This document shows, one piece after another, positions 36,973-49,345 of a DNA stretch of 64,000 bases. This DNA is from Pristiophorus japonicus. Its lineage: Eukaryota. How positions within the stretch are numbered: position 1 is the first letter of the stretch; each line of letters opens with the position of its first letter. The notes beneath the pieces were generated by a model. It was not told where the DNA came from and did not search any database. It saw nothing but the letters and a program-made list of their open reading frames with translations. The stretch is taken from the NCBI RefSeq assembly GCF_044704955.1, contig NC_091986.1, positions 39,556,001-39,620,000 on the forward strand, given 5' to 3'. Both the position numbers and the translations under genes were made by a program.

Positions 36973-37955
36973 AATATGGCTGATCCAACCAGCGCCATCC
37001 AGTTTAACTGTGCTTTTCCACAGCAATTTTAGAATATGGAAATCTTCAGATATACTTTCCCAGTAATGCCACTTCCTATTTGTTGTATTACATTAGACAT
37101 TTACATAAAATGATGATAAAATACGATTCAACATGTGGGCTAAGAGCAGTATAAAGTATAATTTTATTGGACGAATGGTGAGCCACTTTGAAAGATTAAG
37201 AACACTGTCCTTTCTGTATAAGTTTTGCCCGTGCAACAGCTAGTATCTAATGAGATTGAAATTCTAAATTACACATTTATAGCATTCTGGTGACAACAGT
37301 TTCCAAAGATGAGTGATTTTAAATTAATCCAGCATGCTACCAATGATACCCAAAAGCTATTATAAAATGGCATTAATTAACATTTAGAGTGCTGCCAATC
37401 TGAAGGTATATTCCAATACGAACAGCATAGATGGATGATTAGCAGGCCATAAATAATTCAAGTCTGTGATCAGCTTATTGAGTTATTTATTGTTTAACCT
37501 CCCAGGATGAAAGGATTATTTTTGATTGAATAATTTTTGAATTATATTACAGAGCTAAATTGTGCACTGCCCTGATCCCAGTGATTTACATATGTCTAGA
37601 TATTGTCCTTTTTTTTAAACATTCTCAGAATATTTATTCTTTCGCACAAGAGGGTGGTTTTATTTGGTGGAGTTCAAGATTAAGACTATTGGTGTTAGAA
37701 AATGTATCCCTCAATGCAGCCTCGTCGATGGCTAGATTCGGTGCCATAAAAATGGCGGTGGTCGGGAATACGGCGGGGTGTAGCCGGGAGCTAGAACTTT
37801 TCAGATATTAAGCCCTCCCATGCACCATTCTTGCCAGCCCATGTTCCAGCCTAGTGGTGAGTGACAGCAAGGTATGCAATCATGGTGGGCACCACAGCTG
37901 AACCCAAACTTGCTCTCACTCAGCATTCACTTACCAGCAGGACTCAATAGACGAA

Positions 37956-38702
37956 GACCCTGAATTCACGGCCTCTATGGGCGCGTACGCGGTGTGCACA
38001 TGCCCTTGGGAGCCCCGCAAGTTCCGGGTTTAGGAATGCAAAGCGCATGCGCCTAAACCCGCAACTTGCGACCTGTTAAGAATCCTCTTGACTGATCGCA
38101 CACATTCGGAAGTAAAGGCCCTCTGCAGACTGAGAGTCGGGCTATTTGCCAAACTCTGGCCCAGTGAATGCCCGTGAAATTCTTATGACTGACAAAAGCA
38201 TGCGTAAGCCCTGCTTTTATCAGCATAAGATTTTTGAAGGACAGGAAAATAAATTTTTTTCAATAATTTAAACATTTAAAATCCGATTAAATAAGATAAG
38301 TTTATTTTTAGACCCTTTAAAATATGGCAGATTATTTTTCAATTTTTAACAAAATAATGAATTAAATTCCATTTTGATTAATTTTAAATATATTATGTTT
38401 TTTACAAAATATATTTTATGTGTTTGTGTGTTTTGGGGGGTATTCTCATTCATACTTATGGTGATTCCGTACATACGGAACTCATCACAAGTATGAATGG
38501 GAATACCCCTACTTGGATTGGGTGGGCTGGCCCAGGTGTGCCAAGGGACGCATGCGAAGCGCTTACTTCCCTGGGATACATGGGTCTCTATGCAGGTCTT
38601 CACATAGAGGCCAAGGACCACAAGTCTCCGAAGCTCCCGGGCCACCAGGTAAGTTCGTAGAAATTTTTCAGGTCGGAAGCCTCCAACTGCAACTTCTGGG
38701 CC
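37956..38702. mobile_element. Harbinger-type MITE (hairpin family), inserted in an old SINE-like repeat (about 37870-38885)
   Basis: Degenerate TIRs GACCCTGAATT / AACTTCTGGGCC; colinear with 36298-36972. Confidence 0.75.
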
Positions 38703-39504
38703 GAGGATTCAAAGTGGTAACTGATTTTGCCTCTTCGTATCTCAGGGTACTGGAACCAATTGTAGTGTCCCAATTTCTGCCTTGGATAGGATCAGCTAAC
38801 TCAACACAGGCCAGGAATTGAGGCTGGTACCTTACTGATGTGTATAGCTTTAGAGCAGCTAGGGCAGTGCCTTCATGCAACTGAATTTTGATTTGATTTT
38901 TTGCCGTACTGCTGGCAGTAAATGAAACCAATGATTTGTGTGAATTGCTGACTTTCTGCATGCTTGGCCAGGGCACAATCTAAATGATTTGACTGTTACA
39001 GATTCGATTATCATCCCCAATTTTGTGCAAGTTATCTATGAACAAGGTAGCCTAGTTTTAAAGAAGATTAGTACGCTGTCCCACCTTCTGATGACTCGAA
39101 CTCTCTTTGCTTTTACCAATTGTTTCCAAACCGCATGAAACTAGAAACTCTCGAGTGAATGAATTAAGGAAAGCCAGCACAGATGTGTTAAAGGCAAATC
39201 AAGTTCAACTAATTTGATCGAATTTTTTGATGAGGTGACAGAGGGAGATGATGAGGGCAATGCAGTTGACGTGGTGTACATGGATTTCCAAAAAGCGTTT
39301 GATAAACTGCCACATAATAGGCTTGCCTGCAAAGTTGAAGCCCAAGATACAAAAGGGACAGAGGTAGCCTGGATACAAAATTACCTAAGTGACAGGAAAC
39401 AGAGAATAGTTGTGAACGGTTGTTTTTCAGACTGAAGGAAGGTGTACAGTGGTGTTCCCCAGGAGCCGGTACAAGGACCACTGCTTTTCTTGATATATAT
39501 TAAT

Positions 39505-40719
39505 AGGCCGAAAATTGCGGTCGGAGGCTTCCTTCATACGAACACTTCTGACCCCCAAAGATTCTACGAAACTACCTGTTGGTCCCGGAGAATCTTAGGA
39601 TTCCGGTTGGAGGCCTTCATTCGCTGCGTACTGCAGGAGGGCTATGGCTGTGAAGAGGGCGACTGGATTTGATGTCACCCAAATCCAGGTCGCTGATTGG
39701 AGTGTGGGCAGATACAGCTGGGACGGTGAGGTCAGGGCGAAGGAGCAGCAAGAGTTCATAGAGGGACGTGGTTGGGGCCCAGAAGAGTTGCGAGTTCGGG
39801 GCCCAGAAGAGGCGAGGGCCCAGGGGCAGCACGGACCAGCCCACACTGCGATATGTGCGCGCTAGGTCCGTGCAGCAGAACTGGTCTCCAGCCGTCTTGG
39901 TTAATCCTTGCCACTGGACCAAGATCTAGCTCTGTCAAGTCCGTGTGGTGGCTGGTGTGCAACGGCCACCACACGTTAAAAAAATCCACGCACAGACATC
40001 TTCCACCCTTCAACATATAGTTTAGGATCTGGAATATTAGGTCCATCATTGAAACACCTGTGAACTCATCCTTTTTTGATGTGGAAGCAAGTCATCCTCG
40101 TTTCGAGCGACTGCCGATGATGACGATGATGGGAAGATGTCTTCCACGCACGGACGCATCTGCTGGAATCACGTGGGCCTGGAGCACCAATCACTGTGCA
40201 GTATTCTCATTGATAAAAATGGGAACTCCGTCTGGACGGGTTCCTACTGCTATCAATGAGAAACCCCCCCCTAAAACAAGAAACACAGCATAATAAATAA
40301 AAAAATACCTCAGCTATTTAAAATTAATTGAAATTAAATGTAATTAAATATTTTAGAAAAAAATATTTTAGAAAATGTTATTTAATGTGTTTTAATAGGG
40401 TTAAAAATAAATTTACCTTAATGTACAGGGTTTTTAATATAAAGCTCAGTGATTAAGTTTAATTTTTCTATGTTTTAAAAGTGTTACACTGGTAAAAGTA
40501 AGCTATGTGCCTGCTTTTACCAGGTGTAAAAGTTTGAAGGACATTCGTTGGTCATGAGTTGGGCAAATAGTCTCCCTCGTGGATGTCCTTCTCCTGAGAT
40601 GCATAGAATCTGTTTTGACAGATCGGAAAAGCCGATTTTCGGTGCATGCGCATCGTACCCCGAGAATCGGCTTTTGTGATGCCTCGCCAGGTACGTGCAC
40701 ACTTTGTAATTTTTGGCCC
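39505..40719. mobile_element. Harbinger-type MITE (hairpin family) containing a GAT-tailed retroelement
   Basis: AGGCCGAAAATTGC ... GTAATTTTTGGCCC; TSD AAT/AAT. Confidence 0.85.
39625..40130 (+). mobile_element. Non-autonomous (GAT)n-tailed retroelement (probably RTE-mobilised)
   Basis: Ends GTGGAAGCAAGTCATCCTCGTTTCGAGCGACTGCCGATGATGACGATGAT; homologous to 29168-29672. Confidence 0.72.
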
Positions 40720-42697
40720 AATAACTTGGACTTCAAGAAGAGATAAATAGGCTGGTGGAATGAGCAGAACACATAGGAGATGAAATTTAATGCCGAAAAG
40801 TGCAAAGTGATGCAATTTGGTAGGAAGAACGAGGAGAGGCAATGTAAGCTAAAGGGTACAGCCCTAAAGTGGGTACATGAACAGAGAGACCAGGGGTTAT
40901 ATATGTACAAATTATTGAAGGTGGCAGGGCAGCTTGAGAAAGTGGTTAAAAAAGCATAGGGGATCCTGGGCTTCATAAATGGAGGCATAGAGTATAAAAG
41001 CATGGTCGTTATGATGAACCTTTATAAAACACTAGTTTGGCCTCAACTAGAGTATTGTGTCCAATTCTGGGCACCACACTTTAGGAAGGATGTGAGGGCC
41101 TTAGAGAGGGTGCAGGAAAGATTGACGAGAATGGTTCCAGGGATGAGGGACTTCAGTTACCTGGATAGACTAGAGATGCTGGGGTAGCAGAAAAGATTGA
41201 AAGGAGATTTATAGAAGTGTTCAAGCAGAGTAGATAGAGCGAAACTGTTCCCATTGGTGGAAGGATCGTGAACCATAGGACACAGATTTAAGGTGATTGG
41301 CAAAAGAGCCAAAGGTGACATGAGGAAAAGAAATGTTTACGCAGCGAATGGTTAGGATTTGGAAGGCACTGCTTGAGAGGGTGGTGGAGGCAGACTCAAT
41401 CACTGCTTTCAAAAGGGAGTAGGATAAGTACCTGAAGGAAAAAAAATTGCAGGGCTTTGGGGAAAGGGCGGGAGAGTGGGACTAGCTGAAATGCTTTTGC
41501 AGAGAGCCGGCACGGTCTCGAGGGGCCGAATGGCCTCCTTCTGTGCTGTAACCATTCTATGATTCTATGGAATTTATTTTGAAGAAATCTGTGAAATATC
41601 TTTTTTTTTGAATTAGCCATATTGATGCATAAATTTGATGTCCTGAATGCTTAAAATATTGAGCCAGCCTGATGGCTAGAGTCCTGTGCAAACTGTACCC
41701 AATGTCTATGAAACAACATTTCATCCTGACAGTAGGCCAAAATCTTCCGCAGAGTCTATAAGATGCATGGTTAGGTGCCTCTCGGCATCTGCACATGAAA
41801 ACGCACGGCAGTTTGTGTTCATTAACAGCTGAATGCATCATAACCGCTGAATTCATGACCCTTACTACATGACAACTGACAATATTTAACATGTTTCTAC
41901 ACTCCTGTGTAGATTACGCCGTTGAATCTGTGGAAGAAAATTCTGTCCCCAAATGGCTCCTGAGGTTTTAACATTGTCACACTTTAAGATGCTGATTATA
42001 TGTTTGTAACATAGAGTTGCTTAAAAAGCTTGGTCCCTGCTGTCTGTGAGCATCAGTTATGCCAGTCTAATTTATAAGAACAAAACCATGCTACTGTTGC
42101 TGCCTGCGAGACTAAATTACATGGGAATCAGTGTGCAATAAAGGATGCTATGATTATAAAAATTTAATTCACAAAATAGATGGAAGTTGGTCCCTTTCAT
42201 CAGTAACATAACAGCTATTTGACATTTCTGAACCTATTGAGATTATCAAAAAAATCATCTTTTATACTTAATTAATCTTTCACAATCATTTCAAATTGCA
42301 TTAACTATAGTTATGTCCGTGAAGGCAATCAGGAATGTTAATCAGAGAATCATTAAGGGATTGCAAGCCTAATGATTTTTCTATACACCAGACATAATTT
42401 TTTTGTTTCTTTCCAATTTTAAAATATACCTGTAACCAAGAATTGGTGATGATTCGTAGTAAAAGGTAGCAAACTCCCTGCAATTTCCTTGTTCATTATC
42501 CTTTAAGCGAAGGACACAAGAAATGTGATAACTTCAGTCTCTGTGCAGGTTTTTTGTTGTTCAAAATCAGCCGATTTTGAAACTTTTTTGTTTTAATTCA
42601 TGTGCATTACCTGCCAGCTAACTCTCAAAAATGCTCAGCATTGCAAAATACTTGCAAGCATCATAGACGCAAAAAATATCACTGATATTTTAAAACC

Positions 42698-42820
42698 AAA
42701 GCAAAATAGTGCGGAGGCAGGAGATCTGACATAAAAACAAGAAATGCTGGAAATATCCAGCAGCCTCTGTGGAGAAAGAAACTGAGTTAACATTTCAGGT
42801 TGATGACCTTTAATCAGTAC
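42698..42820 (-). repeat. Penelope-type short repeat with degenerate hammerhead core
   Basis: Reverse complement CTGATTAAAGGTCATCAACCTGAAATGTTAACT..TCTCCACAGA; homologous to 45626-45760. Confidence 0.65.
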
Positions 42821-43187
42821 TAATATTTTAATATATTCTGAGCAAAAGATAACTCTAGCCTTTGCCGATATTTCTTATTTCCTCCAACAATTATTGCACT
42901 TTTCTACATATCCAGCCGACAGTGGCAGTACGCATATAGGCAACTCTCAGGGTGGGCATTCCAGTGAGAGTTATAGAACAGATGGGTTAATGGGGACATA
43001 TTTTGTGCATCTTAAAGCGCCTGTTTATTTTACAAAGTATTCATACTACAACTGCAGTGAAGTGGTGTCACTTTGGTCTGTTTTTGTGGAAATGCAAAGT
43101 CACTGCCTGGAGGAGTCAGTTTGGGCCCTGACCCCTGTTTTACATCAATCTGATGCTGAAAACACTTCATAACACTGCAAAGCTAAT

Positions 43188-43890
43188 AGTCCCAGATTTT
43201 AATAATAACGGTGGGGCTAACAGTGCTCGCCTTCATAATGGAGTAAATCCGCACAAGCGCAGCTAAAAGGCGGAAATCCGGAAGTTGCTATCAGAGATAA
43301 CCTGCTCCATCATAGGGTGTGCTGTTACAGTTCTCACCGATAGGCTCGGCATTGAAATTGATGCAATGGTGTGAACTTGAGGTGCTTACCCAACAGTTCC
43401 CCACTAAAGATGCCACAAAAAGTTGGGCCAGTGCATTCAGATTGTAAGTGAGGTTTAACCAGCGTGATAAGTGATAATTACTGACAAATAACCTCTCTGG
43501 CCCTGAAAAACATAATTTTATAACTGTGGAGTCTCATTCCTTCAGAAATTAATTGTTGTTGGAGATTTAGGGAAAAAAAATGTTTTTACTTTTTCAGTCT
43601 GCCTCTTTGATCTCTCGGTCTTTACCAAACTTTATTTTACTTTCTGTACATGATTTAAATGTAATTTATCCTTCTGGCTTTATACTTCCTGGTTTGGACT
43701 CTACGTGTCTCAGTGAACATTCTTCAATCTGATTGGTTGAAGAGTCTGCTGTTTGTTGCCCTGCAGAGGGCGCCACGCTGGATAAGATGCCCATTGACTG
43801 CTCAAAAGCCAGAAAAAAATGTTGTGGGCAGCTGTCAGCGCAGTGAACAGCAAGCGCTGTGTGTTCGCTGCTGATTGCAAAATATGGCCG
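43188..43890. mobile_element. Old non-autonomous DNA transposon remnant
   Basis: Degenerate ends GTCCCAGATTTT / AAAATATGGCC; 43200-43290 resembles 5915-6008. Confidence 0.45.
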
Positions 43891-44127
43891 GAGAGTCAAT
43901 GCATCTTTAAATAATCTAACAAATGATTTAAAATAAAACTGGACCAGAATTTGGTGTGAGTATGTAAGGAACACCCATCGTAAAATTTTAGATAATAAGA
44001 TGCTCTTGTATCTTGTATGTTGGTGCCAGTTATTACCTATTTACTTAATCCAACAACAACTTGCATTGATATAGCACATAGAAATATGTCCCGGCACGGT
44101 GAACTCCAGATTTTAGTTGGTATTGGC

Positions 44128-44562
44128 AGAAGGAAGGAAGGAAGGAAGGAAGGAAGGACATTTATATAGCACCTTTCACAACCTCAGGCCATCCCAAAGC
44201 GATTTACAGCCAATTAAGTACTTTTGAAGTGTTGCTGCTGTTATAATGTAGGAAATGCAGCACCCAATTTGCGCACAGCAAGCTCCCACAAACAGCAATG
44301 TGATAATGACCAGATAATTTGTCTTTGCAATTAATATTGGCCTGGACACCGGGAATAATACCCGTGCTCTTCTTCGAAATAGTGCCGTGGGATCTTTTAC
44401 ATCCACCTCAGAGAGCAGACGGGGCCTCCGTTTGATGTCTCATCCAAAATACGGCACTGCCGACAGTGCAGCACTCCGTCAGCACTTCACTGGAATGACA
44501 GCCTAGATTTTCGTGCTCCAGAGATTTTCAGAGGCGAGAATGCTACCCACTGACCCACGGCT
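44128..44562 (-). mobile_element. Deu-domain SINE with (GAAG)n microsatellite at its tail
   Basis: Matches 7411-7852; GAAG repeat at 44128-44157. Confidence 0.82.
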
Positions 44563-45625
44563 GTCACAGGAGAATGAACCATTTGCGACATCAGCTAGCT
44601 TGGGAGCCAGGAAGGGAAATCAGTCAGTCAGCAGTTTCAGCGGAATGGGGCTAAGGGTGCAGGAGATGAACCCCCATGGACAAGGTGAGCTTGGAGAGGG
44701 CATGAGGGGAGATAGGAGAGAAACTACAGAAAGATGCGGGCTGGAGGCAAGAGTGGCAAGGGGGAAGCAGCAGAGGTAGCTGAAAGTCACAGAAACAAAA
44801 ACAATAGGCAAACTCGCCAGGGTTTTGTGAACAAAATGATTTGGAGCACTGCACAGTCTCAACCAAGCAAAGCAGCGGTGAAGAAAATCGAAAGGTTTGG
44901 AGTTGCAGATAATCTTTTATTTATTGACAAGTTCCTCCGATTAGTTGAAAATTCCTAGTTGCAAAGTAATTTTCACCCAAACACATTGGAAAACAATGGG
45001 GAAAGATTTACCAGTTGCTGGGGATTAAAGACATTAATGCAGTTATTTGTGATGAAGTGCCTTCAGCTACCACCCAAGTGGGAACGTGCAAATTTTCCAA
45101 TCAGCAGCAATGTCACTGACCCAATCAGAGCTCATCTGTGACAATCACGGCTTATCAGCATAACTAGCAGGAAACGAGTCTCTTGACCCAAATAAGAAAT
45201 CAGGCAGACGGCATTCCAGATGTGCTGATTGGAAAATCGAAATGTAGAGCACAGCATAGACAAAAGGCACATTTACTGACTTGGAAGTGGTCCCCATTAT
45301 TGGCGAGGTCTTCTTAATGAGGGCTGTATGCTTGAGCTGCACCTTCCCCCATGCACACTTGAATCTGGGAATTAAATATTGAAAGAGTGGAGTGGAATAT
45401 TATTTGAACCAGCAGAAAGGTGCAAAATAGATGTAATGTTCTCGAGAAGACAAATAAGGAAAATATGTTGGTGCTTCTGAGGAGAAGGGGGAACTCATCT
45501 TTTACAGTTGCAGTTATTTAACAATGTTACCATTAATGGATAGCAAACTGTAGGCAATGCGTTTCCACAGTACTTCCTCCTCCCCCTTTCAGTGCTTAAG
45601 AATGTGCTCTTTTAGAACATTCGGC

Positions 45626-45662
45626 AGTTCTGACGAAGGGTTGTCGCCCCGAAACGTTAACT
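45626..45662 (+). ncRNA. Minimal type I hammerhead ribozyme motif within a Penelope-type repeat (repeat extends to about 45760)
   Basis: AGTT-CTGACGA-A-GGG(TTGTCGC)CCC-GAAAC-GTT-AACT: both core boxes, stems I and II, palindromic ACGT stem III. Confidence 0.7.
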
Positions 45663-46014
45663 CTGGTCTTCTCTCCACAGATGCTGCCTGACCCGCTGAG
45701 ATTTCCAGCATTCTGTGTTTTAATTTCAGATTCCAGCATACGCAATATTTTGCTTTTGTGTTGTGGCAATGTATTTCTCTCTTGTTCCTTCTTACTCAAT
45801 GCTCACTGCTTATTCTTATCCGTGAAGTAAAGTGCTTCAATACAACTTTCTGCACATAATGAGCATCAGAGAAGTACAAGTTCCTGTTGTTGATCTCCGA
45901 TTATTCATGCCAGAATTGGGTATATTTCCCTTCAAAGTAATGCAGTCTCAACTAATATGAAGCCTAGTCCATATTAATAATGAAAAAACATGTCATTAAA
46001 GATGTCTTAATGTA

Positions 46015-46512
46015 ATTATTTAGGGGCCTGGTGAGACCACACCGGGAGTACTATGTACAGTTTTGGTCTCCTTACCTAAGGAAGGATATACTTGCCACGA
46101 AGGTTCACCAGAGTGATTCCTGCAATGGGGGGCTTATCCTATGAGGAGAGAGTAGACTAGGCCTATATTCTAGAGTTTAGAAGAATGAGAGGCAATCACA
46201 TTGAAACATACAAAATTCTTACAGTCTCAGGATAAGGAGTTAGCTATTTAGGACTGAGATGTGGAGAAATTTCTTCACTCAGAAGGTGGTGAATCTTTGG
46301 AATTCTCTATCCCAGAGGGCTGTGGTGACTCAGTCATCGAGTATATTCAAGAGAGAGATCAATACATTTTTGGATATTAAGGGAATCACGGAATATGGGG
46401 ATAGTGCAGGTAAGTGGAGTTGAGGTAAAAGATCAGCCATCTCATTGAATGGTGGAGCAGGTTCGACGGGCCAAATGGCCTACTCCTGCTCCTATTTCTT
46501 ATGTTCTTATTT
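46015..46512 (+). mobile_element. CR1 LINE 3' fragment, decayed
   Basis: LVRPH.EY.VQFWSPYLRKDI; 3'UTR with TTCTTATGTTCTTAT tail. Confidence 0.85.
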
Positions 46513-46607
46513 TGAATATTTACTTAATGTACAAGATTGTCTGTCTGTAAGTATTTGTACAAGACCAAATCATTTTACTGAAACTAATTTTCTGAGGTAT
46601 ACTGCTA

Positions 46608-47283
46608 ATCTGAGATGAGCTTCCGACCCCATTTCTGCTTCATCACCAAGACCACCTACTTCTACGTCCGTAACATCGCCCGAATCCATCCATGCCTCAG
46701 TTCATCTGCTGCTGAAACCCTCATCCATGCATTTATATCTTCCAGACTCAGCTATTCCAATGCGCTCCTGACCGGCCTCCCACCTTGCACCCTCTGTAAA
46801 CTTTAGCTCATCAAAAACTCTGCTGCCCGTGTCATAATTCGTACCAAATCCCATTCACCCATTATCACTGTGCTCGCTGACCTACATTGACTCCCGGTCT
46901 GGCAACGCCTCGTTTTTAAAATTATCATCCTAGTTTTCAAACCCCTTCATGGCATCATCTCCCCCTATCTCTGTAACTTCCTTCAGTCCTACAACCCTCC
47001 AAGATCTCTGCGCTCCTCCAATTTTAGCCTCTTGCGCATCACTGATTTTAATCTCTCCGTCATTGGTGTGCGTGCCTTCAGCTGCCTGGGCCCTAAACTC
47101 TGGAATTATCTTCCTAAACCTCGCTACCTCTCAACCTCTCTACCTCTCTTTCCTCCTTTAAGATGGTCCTTAAAACCAACTCCTTCGACCAACCTTTTGG
47201 TCATCTGTTCTAATTTCTCCTCATGTGAATCGATGTCATATTATATCTGATAATATCCTGTGAAGCGCCTTGGGACGTTTACT
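46608..47283 (+). mobile_element. L2-clade LINE 3' fragment
   Basis: RNIARIHPCLSSSAAETLIHAFISSRL.YSNALL.GLP; RAFSCLGPKLWN.LP. Confidence 0.88.
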
Positions 47284-47890
47284 AACCAATATCTTAACTA
47301 ATACGAATCTTAGTCCAAAAATTATAATTGAAGCCATGACTATTCATTTGACTATTTACTTAATGTCCAAAACATCTGCCTGTAAATGTTATGTATGAAT
47401 AAAAAATCTGACTAAATACTGTGAGCTCAAAGTAAAGTGTGACCTTAGTCTTTTATTGCAGGTCTCCAGAATGTCTCTCCAACCTGTGAGGCCTCCTTAA
47501 GTACAGGTGCTCCCAAGGGATTGTGAGATCCCTTGGGACTCCAGGGGATGAGCCCTCTGGTGGCTACACAAAGTATTTACAGGTTTACATATATAACAAC
47601 ACTCCCCCGCCTCCCCCGCCCCCAAAGTCAATAGTGCAACTATTTACAAGGTGAGTCGATCTGGGGCCTTTCTTTCATTGGTTGATCGTCTCGGTGCAAA
47701 TGCTGGTTTTGGTGAATCATTTGTTGGGCCCTTGCTGGGCTGCTGTGCAGCTGGCCTTGCTGGGCTGCCTGGTGTGGTGAATCCTGCTGGGCTGCTGCGG
47801 GTGATGGGCTCTTCTCCGTGGCCAACCGCGGTGTCAATTTCCACTGGTTGTATATTGGGGGTCGAAGAAGGTAGGGTCCAATGTGGGTTG

Positions 47891-49345
47891 CTCTGGGTGA
47901 AGAAGTTTCTCCTCATCTCGGTCCTAAATGGCTTACCCCTTATCCTTAGACTGTGACCCCTGGTTCTGGACTTCCCCAACATAGGGAACATTCTTCCTGC
48001 ATCTAACCTGTCTAAACCCGTCAGAATTTTAAACGTTTTTATGAGGTCCCCTCTCATTCTTCTGAACTCCAGTGAATACAAGCCCAGTTGATCCAGTCTT
48101 TCTTGATAGGTCAGTCCTGCCATCCCGGGAATCAGTCTGGTGAACCTTCGCTGCACTCCCTCAATAGCAAGAATGTCCTTCCTCAGGTTAGGAGACCAAA
48201 ACTGTACACAATACTCCAGGTGTGGCCTCACCAAGGCCCTGTACAACTGTAGCAACACCTCCCTGCCCCTGTACTCAAATCCCCTCGCTATGAAGACCAA
48301 CATGCCATTTGCTTTCTTAACCACCTGTTGTACCTGCATACCAACCTTCAATGACTGATGTACCATGACACCCAGGTCTCATTGCATCTCCCCTTTTCCT
48401 AATCTGTCACCATTCAGATAATAGTCTGTCTCTCTGTTTTTACCACCAAAGTGAATAACCTCACATTTATCCACATTATACTTCATCTGCCATGCATTTG
48501 CCCACTCACCTAACCTATCCAAGTCGCTCTGCAGCCTCATAGCATCCTCCTCGCAGCTCACACTGCCACCTAACTTAGTGTCATCCGCAAATTTGGAGTT
48601 ACTACATTTAATCCCCTCATCTAAATCATTAATGTACAGTGTAAACAGCTGGGGCCCCAGCACAGAACCTTGCGGTACCCCACTAGTCACTGCCTGCCAT
48701 TCTGAAAAGTACCCATTTACTCCTACTCTTTGCTTCCTGTCTGACAACCAGTTCTCAATCCATTTCAGCACACTACCCCCCAATCCCATGTGCTTTAACT
48801 TTGCACATTAATCTCTTGTGTGGGACCTTGTCGAAAGCCTTCTGAAAGTCCAAATATACCACATCAACTGGTTCTCCCTTGTCCACTCTACTGGAAACAT
48901 CCTCAAAAAATTCCAGAAGATTTGTCAAGCATGATTTCCCTTTCACAAATCCATGCTGACTTGGACCTATCATGTCACCTCTTTCCAAATGCGCTGCTAT
49001 GACATCCTTAATAATTGATTCCATCATTTTACCCACTACCGATGTCAGGCTGACCGGTCTATAATTCCCTGTTTTCTCTCTCCTTCCTTTTTTAAAAATT
49101 GGGGTTACATTGGCTACCCTCCACTCGATAGGAACTGATCCAGAGTCAATGGAATGTTGGAAAATGACTGTCAATGCATCTGCTATTTCCAAGGCCACCT
49201 CCTTAAATACTCTGGGATGCAGTCCATCAGGCCCTGGGGATTTATCGGCCTTCAATCCCATCAATTTCCCCAACACAATTTCCCGACTAATAAGGATTTC
49301 CCTCAGTTCCTCCTCCTTACGAGACCCTCTGACCCCTTTTATATC
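47891..49345 (-). mobile_element. CR1 ORF2 RT fragment, truncated at both ends, inside the Gypsy element
   Basis: ORFs 48773-49360, 48379-48789 and 47644-48366 cover the RT domain; sequence stops at RRNFFTQ with no 3'UTR or tail. Confidence 0.93.

Larger units (their letters stand above)
39160..41570 (+). mobile_element. CR1 LINE, 5'-truncated, interrupted by a MITE
   Basis: IEFFDEVT..VDVVYMDFQKAFDK, SGVPQ, IYIN|[14 protein letters not shown]; (ATTCTATG)n tail. Confidence 0.9.
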
